A stretch of DNA of 64,000 nt from Octopus vulgaris. Lineage: Eukaryota. This document shows positions 38,850-50,229 of the stretch, in pieces (the first letter of the stretch is position 1; every line of letters begins with the position of its first letter). Location: the NCBI GenBank assembly GCA_951406725.2, contig OX597817.1, forward strand, positions 124,620,001 through 124,684,000. Reading direction: 5' to 3'. The translations under genes and the position numbers were made by a program. The notes under the pieces are model-generated. The model did no database searches. It worked only from the letters and a program-made list of their open reading frames with translations, and was not told the DNA's origin.

Positions 38850-39723
38850 AATGTGTACCATTGAAGTAATTCTCAAACAAAATTAGTATAAAAGTAACAA
38901 GGTTTGACCTATGTTTTACAGGTGGATACCCTCTGGCAGGTTTCAACATATTTTGTCTCATAGTTTTTCCACATATCTTTTATCTACAGTATTTCACTCA
39001 TATGGCTTGGATTGGTCTAATGCATTTACACAAGTTACTATGCAATGGGATCAAACCTGAAACCTTATGATTGCAAAGCAAACTTGTTAATCATTTAGCC
39101 ATGTTAGCATTCATGATATGACCGATGTATAAACAACAAATCAGTTATGTTGAATATTCAGGAATGTTACCCACAAGGAAAATAATAGTTAAGCTAATAT
39201 TTACATATTTAATTTGATGAATATTAAGATGTAATTTCATCTACTTCAGTAACAGAGAAAAGAAAAACCCATTCTTTCATTCACTAATTAGCAAAATTAA
39301 GGTAGATCTACTTCTCTGATCTACCTGAGGATGTCTAATAAGATTGAAACATGTTAAGCGTTGCTTCTCTTACCTATTAAAATTTTTAAAAGAGCATTGA
39401 TCATTGAATTAATATTGTCTTTCTTTTACCTCATGAGTATTTTGATTAGATTTTTTATCAATAAATGCCTGGTTAATTGAGAAACAGAGCAGAAGCAATT
39501 GTGTATAAGACTACTGAATTTGAATGAGACCCAACCAGGCTGAAATTATGACCATTCTTTTATTGGATACATATGTTCTCTTCATAGGTAATAGCATTAA
39601 CGATAGGTATGTATATGTGTGTGTGTATACATATGTATTTAGAATACATATCGTTTAACGTCCGCTAGCATGGAGAACGGACGTTAAACGATGATGATAA
39701 TGATGATGATGATATATATATAT

Positions 39724-40143
39724 AGGCGTAGAAATGGCTGTGTGGTAAGTAGCTTGCTTACCAACCACATGGTTCCGGGTTCAGTCCCACTGTGTGGCAC
39801 CTTGGGCAAGTGTCTTCCACTATAACCTTGGGCCGACCAAAGCCTTGTGAGTGGATTTGGTAGACGGAAACAGAAAGAAGCCCATCGTATATATATGTAT
39901 ATATATATATATATGTATGTATGTGTGTGTATATGTTTGTGTTTGTCCTATCCAACATCGCTTGACAACCGATGCTGGTGTGTTTACGTCCCTGTAACTT
40001 AGCGGTTTGGCAAAACAGACCAATAGAATAAGTACTAGGCTTACAAAGAATAAGTCCTGGGGTTGATTTCCTTGACTAAAGGCGGCGCTCCAGCATGGCC
40101 AGTCACATGACTGAAACAAGTAAAAGAGTAAAAGAGTAAAGAG
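39724..40143 (+). mobile_element. SINE family A
   Basis: colinear with 6889-7298. Confidence 0.9.
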
Positions 40144-40212
40144 TATATATACACATGCACACACACACACATATGTATATGTATATATATATATATATGT
40201 GCGTGTGTGTGT

Positions 40213-40970
40213 GGTCTGATCAATAAGTATCCAGTCTGTTGCCATAGTAACAAAGCTAAAGAATGCAAAGTAAAGCTACTTGGCACAGATTCACCTTGGA
40301 TTCTGCTGTGCATGTGCACTAAGTTTTCAAGTTCTAGCTAACTTCTGCGGTTTACAGCAGTGCTTGGAAGGAAGGTGTGTAGCATGTAATCTTTACAATG
40401 ACCATGACAGAGAAAATTGAGCAGAGAATCTGCATTAAATTTTGTTTGGCAATACCTGCTCAGAGACCTACACAAAGTTTTCAAAACAGCTTTCATTGTT
40501 CTCGATACAATCATGGAGATCTTGTGCAACATAAAACCCGAGTGCTTTTTTAGTCAACTGAAATCAGTTTTGGCAGAAATTTGGCAGACATGTGTTTCAT
40601 ACCTAAATCTTCAGTGATAAAGGACCGAACTGAACCGTAACTAATCTGCACATCCTCTGATAACTCACGGATGGTGATTTGATGATTTCCTCTCACAGCT
40701 GTATGCTGTGATTTTTTCTTACTTCCGCTGGTTGCAGGTCTCCCAGAACGTTTGTCGATAGCGACATTTTTTCAACCACCTTGGAAACATCTGACCTACT
40801 CATACACTTAGGTGTGGTTCATACACTCCTCTCCATACACTTTCTACAACTTTGCATAGGCCTCTGAGAAGGTATCGCCATGGCAACGTTTGGAGTTCAA
40901 GGGCAATCCGTACCAAGAGGCTTAGCTTCGTTACTATGGCAACAGTCCAGATACTTATTGATCAGACCTC
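40213..40970. mobile_element. non-autonomous mariner derivative made of two facing 5' ends
   Basis: TIR ggtctgatcaataagtatc..ctgttgccatagtaac at both ends; + strand MTEKIEQRICIKFC (~40405); - strand GDTFSEAYAKL..VYGEECM..DKRSGRP..ITIRELSEDVQISYGSVRSFITEDLGMKHMSAKFLPKL (40880-40560). Confidence 0.88.
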
Positions 40971-41003
40971 ATATATATATATATGTATATACATCTATAT
41001 CTA

Positions 41004-41047
<44 letters not shown>

Positions 41048-41154
41048 AGAAACTGCTGCAAATTACCCTAGCTACTTACACAATATATAATAATTAAAGA
41101 TAGTTATGGCTAGTCTATGCAGTTATCCAGGGTTTTACATTCACAAAGCACTTA

Positions 41155-41202
41155 GCATTTCTTCAGATCCTAATGGCCAACAATTAGGGTCTGAAGAAAT
41201 GC
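41155..41202. repeat. 20-bp hairpin
   Basis: gcatttcttcagatcctaat ggccaaca attagggtctgaagaaatgc. Confidence 0.85.
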
Positions 41203-41389
41203 TGTAAAACTAGGTGATTTATAGAGGTGAACCCCTAGGTAATCCCATAGAGTGACCTTAAATGTCTTTATTTTGTTACTTTACAGCTTAAAGTGTGCTT
41301 CTCTTTTGGATTTATGCATTACTGATGATATATACACATACAAATACACGCTCACACACACACACACACACACACACACATCTATTTAT

Positions 41390-41784
41390 TTATTCTTTTA
41401 TTTGTTTCAGTCATTTGACTGCGACCATACTAAAGCACCACCTTTAGTCAAACAAATCAACCCCAGAACTTATTCTTTGTAAACCTAGTAATTATTCTAT
41501 TGGCCACTTTTGCCCGAACTGCTAAGTTACAGGTATGTAAACACACCAACATTGGTTGTCAAACGATGGTGGGGGGACAAACACAGACACACAAACATAT
41601 ATATATATATATATAATATATATATATATGATGGGCTTCTTTCAGTTTCCGTCTACCAAATATACTCACAAGGCTTTGGTTAGCTATAGTAGAAGACACT
41701 TGCCCAGGGTGCCACACAGTGGGACTGAAACAGAACTATGTGGTTGGTAAGCAAGCTACTTACCACACAGCCACTCCTGCACCT
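41390..41784 (-). mobile_element. SINE family A
   Basis: reverse complement of the family consensus. Confidence 0.9.
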
Positions 41785-42191
41785 ATGAATATATGTTTAT
41801 ATTCTAAATTAAAATACTAAGCTACCTAAGTGTAACATTTTCAGTGATATCTATTCAAGTTTTTTAAAGTTCATGAAGACTTACCCATAACTTAAAATTA
41901 ATTATCTACAAACCACCTGATGAATGTCAAAGAAAGTTTTAAGAGTGTCAATGAAAATTGATAATGGCTAATTTAATTGAATTTAATTTATAGATAAAGT
42001 TTTTATGTATTGAAATGCACTCTTTGTTTGATTTGCATAATAGTGGAATTTTTATGTCTCTGTTTTATGGTTCAGTTAGCAATGATTATTACTATCAAAA
42101 TTGGATTAATGTGAAATCTGATTTGCCCTGTAAATTTGGATTTATTCTCTAATAGCCTTCTATTAGTATATATATATATATATATTTGGTA

Positions 42192-42237
<46 letters not shown>

Positions 42238-42649
42238 TAAGGGTAGAAATTGATATTTATCAATTAAGACCAGTGGTCTAGCATTTGAAAAAAATAAAAA
42301 ACAGAAAGTTTGATGTAGCACAAACGTGACACTACCATTCTTATCATTACTGAATCTCTTTCTATATGAAAATCACACATTTTGCTTTCTTTCTAAACCA
42401 CTACTCCAAACAAAATATGACACAACTACTCCAAACAAAATATGACACAACTACTCCATTTTGATATTCATTTTTTTTACATTTTCTTTCTTGGTAGGCA
42501 TTAATGTGTTTGCAGAGGAAGAATTTTAGATATTTCCTAAAAAAATGTTATACAAATTTCCATGTGAACTGGTAGACAGTTGTACATAAAGTTATTAGTT
42601 CCAGTAAACGAGGAAGCTATACATATAAATTTACTCTTATATAAACATA

Positions 42650-42671
42650 AATATATATATATATGTATGTA

Positions 42672-42750
<79 letters not shown>

Positions 42751-42769
42751 TTATCTATCTATCTATCTC

Positions 42770-42822
<53 letters not shown>

Positions 42823-42837
42823 TTTTATGCATACATA

Positions 42838-42869
<32 letters not shown>

Positions 42870-43025
42870 TGTATATATATATGTTCCCAACTTTGACACT
42901 CCATAAATCCAAAATTTTGGATATATATATATGTGTGTGTGGGTGTGTGTGTGTACGTATGTATATATATATATATATGTGTGTGTATGTATATATATAT
43001 CTATATCTATCTATATATATATAGT
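42650..43025. repeat. compound (TCTA)n/(TA)n/(CA)n microsatellite
   Basis: read directly. Confidence 0.95.
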
Positions 43026-43159
43026 CTATCACATTATACTTTTGATGCATGCATAATTATTGCTAACTGAACCATAAAAAGAAAGACATAGAAATTCACA
43101 CTTTCCTGCGAACACCTCCGAGTGCATTTCAGCTCTAGGAGCTTGTCTCTATTTTGCTT

Positions 43160-43791
43160 CAAAATTATAAACAACTTATAAATAAGGGCAAAAGAAAAAA
43201 AAATTCCTATACCAAATGTGCTGGGAAATAGACTTTAAATCGTCAGTAACCACATATAATTCATCACTAAAAGTTTTCACCTTAAAAGGTATCTTTTAAT
43301 ATGCTGGCCACTGATAAAATTTTTTGAAAATTTTATCCTATATTAGATGCAAATTTAATACCATTCACATCTGGGCAGTCTCTTACTTAATGGGAATTTT
43401 CACTCTGATCACGTGTGTCTTGAGGTGTGCTGCAAAATTTCTATTTGGATATATTTAGGGTACTTAAGTGTACCCATGGCTTTGCATATGCTTGTTCCAT
43501 GTGTGCAAGTAAGTATTTCATTTATTTCTTAATGTATTTATCACTGATGATGAGAAAATTATTTATGAATCAACTCAGAAATTGGGACCGATTTGGTGAT
43601 AATAGAATTTTTTATAAATTTCTGACAGCTTCCTTCGAGACACGTGTTTTTAGTGATGAATTATATGTGTTTCTTGACAATTTAAAGTTTATTTTTTGGC
43701 ATATTTGGCATAAGAATTTTTTCTTTTGCCCTTATTTATAAGTTGTTTATAATTTTCACCTTAAAAGGTATTTTTTAATATACTGGCCACT
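43160..43791 (+). mobile_element. hammerhead-containing monomer, subfamily 1 (479-bp period, 43274-43752, restarting at 43753) with an inverted 5' fragment (43160-43273)
   Basis: ttttcaccttaaaaggtat.ttttaatat.ctggccact at 43274 and again at 43753; 43160-43273 is the reverse complement of ~43646-43756. Confidence 0.8.
43538..43599 (+). ncRNA. type I hammerhead ribozyme HHR1
   Basis: ttatca CTGATGA tgag[19 nt]ctca GAAA ttgg-ga-ccga TT tggtga. Confidence 0.75.
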
Positions 43792-43836
43792 ATATAAGTT
43801 ATATATATATATATATATATATATATACAAATATAT

Positions 43837-44333
43837 AACTTATAAATAAGGGCAAATGAAAAAATTTCCAATGCCAAATATGACGAAATTGGACACCAAT
43901 GTGTCCAATTTGGCATATTTGGCATTGGAAATTTTTTCATTTCCATTACCATATAATTTTTCACAATACGCACGATACTCGAAAAAGGTCGACAGAAATT
44001 TCTAAAAAATTCCATTATTACCATATTGGACCGATTTCAGGGTTAGCTCATAAGAGCCCTCCCTTCGTCAGTGATAAATGTGGCAAAAGAAATAAATGAG
44101 ATACTTACTCATATCCATGGAAGAAGCAAACACTAAGTCATGAGCACATTTAAGTACCTCCAAATATATCCAAAATAGAAATTCTCCAGCCCACTCGAGA
44201 CACGTGCGATGTGAACTGAGGCTCTCACAGAGTGAGAGAGTCCGGAAGTGAACACTATTAAATTTATATCTAATGTAGGATAAAATTTTTTAGAAAAACC
44301 TTTAAAGGTTAAATTTATAAACAACTTATAAAT
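43837..44333 (-). mobile_element. hammerhead-containing monomer, subfamily 2 (486-bp period)
   Basis: aacttataaat at 43837 and 44323; reverse complement is colinear with, but diverged from, 43274-43752. Confidence 0.8.
44018..44077 (-). ncRNA. type I hammerhead ribozyme HHR2
   Basis: minus strand ttatca CTGACGA aggg-ag-ggctc-ttat-gagct-aa-ccct GAAA tcggtccaa TA tggtaa. Confidence 0.8.
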
Positions 44334-44368
44334 GAGTAAGTATCTCATTTATTTCTTTGCCACATTTA

Positions 44369-44547
44369 TCTTTCTTGGTAGGCATTAATGTGTTTGCAGA
44401 GGAAGAATTTTAGATATTTCCTAAAAAATGTTATACAAATTTCCATGTGAACTAGTAGACAGTTGTACATAAAGTTATTTAGTTCCAGTAAATGAGGAAG
44501 CTATACATATAAATTTATTCTTATATAAACATAAATATATATATATA
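44369..44547 (+). repeat. near-identical copy of upstream DNA 42485-42660
   Basis: tctttcttggtaggcattaatgtgtttgcagaggaagaattttag...tataaacataaatatat at both sites. Confidence 0.92.
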
Positions 44548-44648
44548 AGTATTTATAAGTTGTTTATAAATTTAACCTTTAAAGCTATTTTTTAATATGC
44601 TGGCCATTGATAACATTTTTTTTCAGAAAGAATTTTATCCTACATTAA

Positions 44649-44706
<58 letters not shown>

Positions 44707-44784
44707 TCAGAGAGAGAGAAAGTGAAGAGTGTGAGTTTATAAAGCTTGAAGTTGCTGGTAATTTTCTTGTCAAATTGTTTAAAT

Positions 44785-45170
44785 AAAGGTCTCTTGGCTC
44801 TCCAGTATATTTACCCAAACGTTACAACATACTTGAACCCAGTGCACCCATGCTTTTCTATCTCACTGAAGGTGTATTCACTCACGGTAGCTTCTTATTC
44901 ATTGGTGAGTTCTACCAGTAGGTATCTGGGGTGTCTATGTGAATGAAAATGGGTCCCAATATTGCCAACATATTTGTTGGATCAGAAATCGTCAGTAACC
45001 ACATATAATTCATCACTAAAAGTTTTCACCTTAAAAGGTATCTTTTATATAGCTGCTACACTGATGATTGTATCATCACCTGTGAACAACTGATTAACTT
45101 CCTCAGTTACTTCAGTTCATTTCACCCCATTCTTCGATTCCCCTGTGTCATTTCTGAATCCTCTGACTCC
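44785..45170 (+). pseudogene. Penelope-like element reverse transcriptase relic (motifs B' to C), interrupted at 44988-45047
   Basis: KGLLALQY / EPSAPMLFYLTEGVFTHGSFLFIGEFYQ*VSGVSM*MKMGPNIANIFVG (cf. FxFxGxxYxQxxGxAMGTxMGPxxANLFVG), then CYTDDCI..EQLINFLSYFSSFHPILRF..ISE (cf. RYIDD...FVNSFHPxLKFT). Confidence 0.88.
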
Positions 45171-45430
45171 TTTAACTGACTCAACTGCTCTCTCACCTCA
45201 GCCACGTTCTTCAAACCCATTGATACTTACTTCTCTTTTGACTTTTCTTCCCCCAACCCATCTACACCAAAGGCACAATCTCTTACTACCAGTTTCTCTG
45301 ACTCTGCCTTCTGTGCATCCATGACCAAGTTTTTGAGACATATGTGTGTGTGCATCTATACATGTATGTATGTATATATATATGTATGTGTTAGTATATA
45401 TATGTCTCTCTCTCTCTCTCCCTCTCTCTC

Positions 45431-45471
<41 letters not shown>

Positions 45472-45898
45472 TCATCATCATTATTTAACATCCATATTAC
45501 AAGCAGTCATAGGTTATTTATATATGCATGTATGTATATACACTGAAAGCCAAACACTCACACATGCTCAACCCACTTACATCTCACACATTCAGATATA
45601 AATTACATACACACACATATAGATATATCTATAAATACAGACACACACACACACAGTCTTTAGACTAAACAGTAGTTGCTTTAGACTTGGTTTGTTTTAG
45701 TGTGATCTTGATGTGTTGAAAGGGAAAAAACATTCTCTCATACATCATTTATTTTACTGCCTAACATGGCAGGCAACCTGGGATCTGATCTCACTTAATC
45801 TTGTTAATACATGCAACTAAATGACTATGAGCTTATGCTGCCTTCATATTTTTCAATATAAATAATTATAAATCAAACAAGTGAACATACAACCTATA

Positions 45899-46255
45899 GG
45901 TTAAATTTATAAACAACTTATAAATGAGTAAGTATCTCATTTATTTCTTTGCCACATTTATCACTGACGAAGGGAGGATTCTCACGAACTAACCCTGAAA
46001 TCGGTCCGATATGGTAATAATGGAATTTTTTAGAAATTTCTGTCGACCTTTTACGAGTAGCGTGCGTATTGTGAAAAATTATATGGTTATGGACAATGTG
46101 TCCAATTTCGGCATATTTGACATTGGAAATTTTTTCGTTTGCCCTTATTTATAAGTTGTTTATAAATTTAACCTTTAAAGCTATTTTTTAATATGCTGAC
46201 CATTGATAAAGTCCCAATAGTTTTAATTCTAGAAAATTTTATCCTACATTAAATA
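45899..46255 (+). mobile_element. partial subfamily 2 monomer; HHR3 bracketed by a perfect 27-bp inverted repeat (45899-45925 / 46147-46173)
   Basis: ggttaaatttataaacaacttataaat ... atttataagttgtttataaatttaacc. Confidence 0.85.
45958..46017 (+). ncRNA. type I hammerhead ribozyme HHR3
   Basis: ttatca CTGACGA aggg[18 nt]ccct GAAA tcgg-t-ccga TA tggtaa; quasi-palindromic stem III. Confidence 0.85.
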
Positions 46256-46338
46256 TAGAAAACAAGGAAACATACTAAACGCATATAAATGTTAAAAAAG
46301 AAAGGAAAAAGTGGAGGTAAAAAACGACATTCATTTTT

Positions 46339-46549
46339 AATTGTTTAAATAAAGGTCTCTTGGCTCTCCAGTATATTTACCCAAACGTTTCAACATACTT
46401 GAACCCAGTGCACCCATGCTTTTCTGTCTCACTGAAGTTGTATTCACTCATGGTAGCTTCTTATTCATTGGTGAGTTCTACAAGTAAGGTATCTTACTAT
46501 GTGAATGAAAATGGGTCCCTATATTGCCAACATATTTGTTGGATCAGAA
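46339..46549 (+). pseudogene. second copy of the Penelope-like RT fragment
   Basis: colinear with 44774-44987. Confidence 0.85.
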
Positions 46550-46599
46550 GTGGCCCAAATCTTCTCAAAATGTATATATTGATATAAGATAGAAAATTA

Positions 46600-46614
46600 T
46601 CTGTCTATCTGTCC

Positions 46615-46707
<93 letters not shown>

Positions 46708-46768
46708 GTTAACTATCTATCTATCTATCTGTCTCTCTGTCTATCTGTCTTTCTATCTATCTAGTTAA

Positions 46769-46822
<54 letters not shown>

Positions 46823-46835
46823 CTCTATATATATA
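46600..46835. repeat. (TCTA)n/(TCTG)n microsatellite
   Basis: read directly. Confidence 0.95.
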
Positions 46836-47015
46836 CATGCACACATAATTATGTAAATGTGCATGTGTGTATATATACGCATATATACATAGTATATATA
46901 TTTATATATATATATTATATGCACCCCTGCCATGCACACATATATCTATATCCTCATGCTCCTTATCATTTTAAGGACTTCATATTCCATGCTGGCTTAG
47001 TTGAACAAGATATTT

Positions 47016-47303
47016 CGAAACTGAAAGAAGCCTGTCGTATATATGTATATATATATGTATGTGTGTGTATGTTTGTGTGTGTATGTTTGTGTGTCTGTGT
47101 TTGTCCCCCTAGCATTGCTTGACAACCGATGCTGGTGTGTTTACATCCCCATAACTTAGCAGTTCGGCAAAAGAGACCGATAGAGTAAGTACTGGGCTTA
47201 CAAAGAATAAGTCCCAGGGTCGATTTGCTCGACTAAAGGCGGTGCTCCAGCATGGCCACAGTCAAATGACTGAAACAGGTAAAAGAGTAAAAGAATAAAA
47301 GAG
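47016..47303 (+). mobile_element. SINE family A, 5'-truncated
   Basis: starts at gaaactgaaagaagcc. Confidence 0.88.
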
Positions 47304-48184
47304 AATATACATAGATGCATACATGCAAATACAGATACACATCATTGGCTTTCGATAATCTGCACATACCAAATCCTCTCATAAGTCCCAGGATTGTAGA
47401 AGTTACTTACCCAGGGATGTGTGTTTATTTACATCTATACATATCACAAACAGGTGTGTGTGTATATGCGTGTGTGTGTGTCTGTGTCTGTGTGTGTTCT
47501 GGGTATGACTTTAAACTAAATGTCATTTTCAGGCTCCAATCTAGAAGTTCTTGGAGTTGTAGTTGGAGTTAATTATGATCACTCACAGGTCCATTCTGAT
47601 TCAGAATGGTGGCTCCTGACAGGGTTCCACCTATGGGCTAGATATATTACCTAGTGGTAGAGGAGGCTCCCATTATTTTTGACAAAGCTGGGGTGAAAAC
47701 AGCTCTTCTAAAAGAAAGATACTCTGATGTAAATCTTGCTGTCAATATAATACCAATCATCTTGCAATGCATGGCATTGGAACCTACTATGGTGACTGGA
47801 GAGTGGCCAAAGTATTCTACAAGCTTTGACACTTGAATCCAAAGGTATACAGACTGTCATTTGAATTTCAGACAGCTATTATCTGTCAGGATGAAGTAAT
47901 CATCTTCATATATATACATAGTAGAATAGTAAAAAAAGTTTGTGGTACAGTATAATATATTTGAAAAAATGAGTAGAGATGGCTTTTGTGGGGATAAGTT
48001 TTATTTTAATGATAATGAATATAGTTATTCTAATGAGTTTCAAGCTTTTCAATAGCTGAAAACAGCTATTGAAAAGCTCAAAATGCATTAGAGCAACTGT
48101 AAACATTATCATTGAAATAAAAAATTATCCCCACAAAAGAGGGGATACTCATTTTTTCATATATATATTACTCTTTTTTTTTAT

Positions 48185-48592
48185 TACTCTTTTATTTGTT
48201 TCAGTCATTTGACTGTGACCATGCTGGAGCACTACCTTTAGTCGAGCAAATCGACCCCAGGACTTATTCTTTGTAAGCCTAGCACTTATTCTATCGGTCT
48301 CTTTTGCCGAACCACTAAGTTATGGGGATATAAACACACCAGCATCGGTTGTCAAGCGATGTTGGGGGGACAAACACAGAGACACAAACATATACACACA
48401 CATACATACATATATATATACATATATATACGACGAGCTTCTTTCAGTTTCCATCTATCAAATCCACTCACAAGGCTTTGGTCGACCTGAGGCCATAAGA
48501 AGACACTTGCCCAAGGTGCCATGCAGTGGGACTGAACATGGAACTATGTGGTTTGTTAGCAAGCTACTTACCACACAGCCACTCCTACGCCT
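48185..48592 (-). mobile_element. SINE family A
   Basis: reverse complement of the family consensus. Confidence 0.9.
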
Positions 48593-48775
48593 ATATATAT
48601 ATGTTGGATTTTACTCACAAGGTATTAGAATCTTATATGTATACAATTCTGCCTAAATAATGGATATACAAATGCAATATCCCTGCATATCTCACTTTCT
48701 ATTTTCACTCCTCCACTTCACTCTCTATTTCGTATCTTATCTAAATTAACTATCACTTAAGCATTTTCTCACACC

Positions 48776-48823
48776 GTCTCCAATGAAGGGATATAATAAA
48801 TATCCTGGAAACAGCTGTAAGAC
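48776..48823 (+). ncRNA. degenerate minimal type I hammerhead (Penelope-type)
   Basis: gtct CCAATGA a gggata-taataaa-tatcct g GAAA cagctg TA agac; all stems present, palindromic stem III, core mutated. Confidence 0.55.
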
Positions 48824-48926
48824 CTACTATTTATAAATTATAAATGTTCTAAAATCTTCACAGCCTTCTTTTTTTTATCTCATACTGAAAAAAAAAATGT
48901 TATGTATATATATATATATATATACT

Positions 48927-50141
48927 AAATAATGGAAACACCTTAAAATTTCAAACAAATTTATTTTAATATGGGGTAGGACCGCTTGTGGCTGTAATTA
49001 CAGCTTGAATTCTACAAGTTATAGACTCATACAAAGATTGAATTGTTTCCAAGGGAATTGTTGTCCATTCTTCAGCTAAAACAGTCTCCAATTCTTGTTG
49101 TGATAATGGTGGAGGATATCGACTCCTTACTTGTTTTTCTAAAATGCACCATAAATGTTCAATAATATTGACATCTAGGGATTGTGATGGCCAGATAAGA
49201 TGTTCAACTGTACTTCAATGTTCCTCATGCCATTCAGTAACAACTTTAGTGATTGGAATTTATGTATTATTATCCTGAAAGATTGCGTTTCCCCCCAGAA
49301 ATAGTTCTGCAACCATAGGATGAATTTGATCAGATAAAATGCTTAAATAGTCTTCAATATTAATTCTGCCATGAAGGGAAACTATGGGGCTGGTGGATTT
49401 CCAAGATATAGCCCCCTCAGATCATTAGAGATCATCCTCCATAACATTTGGAAGAAGACAGTCAGGACCAAATGCTTTTAGTTGTCTCCATACATATACT
49501 CGGCTGGTGGTTGAAAATAAGGTAAAGGATGACTCATCCAAGAAAATAACATTCTTCCACTGCTCAAGGGACCAATTCTGTAGGTTTTTACTCCACTCTA
49601 AACGCTTTGCAACATTTGTTTTTAAAAGTAGCGGTTTTCTGATTCCAGCTCTCCCATGAAATTCAGCTCTGTGCAGCTCCTGGTGAACAGCTTTTGTAGA
49701 AACTGGGTTCTGGAGGTGGTCATTAAGCTCAGCAATAATTTTGGGTGCTGTACTTTTGTGATCCTTTCTAACAATTCACGTAAGAGTTTGACGAGCCCTA
49801 TCTGAAAGTTTTGGTCTTCTTACTCAAAGGCTGTCATTACTTTCAAAACAGTACTTCTTGATACACCAAATATTTCAGCTGTTTTCATTATGCTAGCACC
49901 TGCCATATGAGCACCAACAATTTTACCTCTTTGAAAGTCCAATAGATCTGTAATTTTAATGAATTTTAATTACCCTTTCCTAATGATATCTGAAAAGAAA
50001 CAGCAATTTTAGGAAAAACATATTAAGCAACACAAACAATAAATCAAAAAACGTAAAAATAAACAAGCTTTTGATGGTTTTATAGAAATTTCAAAATAAT
50101 GATGCTATGATGCTAGGTGTTTCCATTATTTTGTAGAACCC

Positions 50142-50144
<3 letters not shown>
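48927..50144 (-). mobile_element. Tc1-like DNA transposon, near full length, transposase pseudogene ~49010-49950
   Basis: TIR aaataatggaaacacct / aggtgtttccattattttgtagaacccctg|TA; minus-strand DLLDFQRGKIVGA, NVIFLDESS, IFQDNN, IWPSQSLDVNIIEHLW (DD34E-type motifs). Confidence 0.93.
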
Positions 50145-50190
<46 letters not shown>

Positions 50191-50198
50191 CATACATA

Positions 50199-50229
<31 letters not shown>

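Noticed and set aside
39321-39360. ctgagga tgtctaataagatt gaaa catgtt
   Set aside because: Core and palindromic stem III plausible but no stem I; insufficient.
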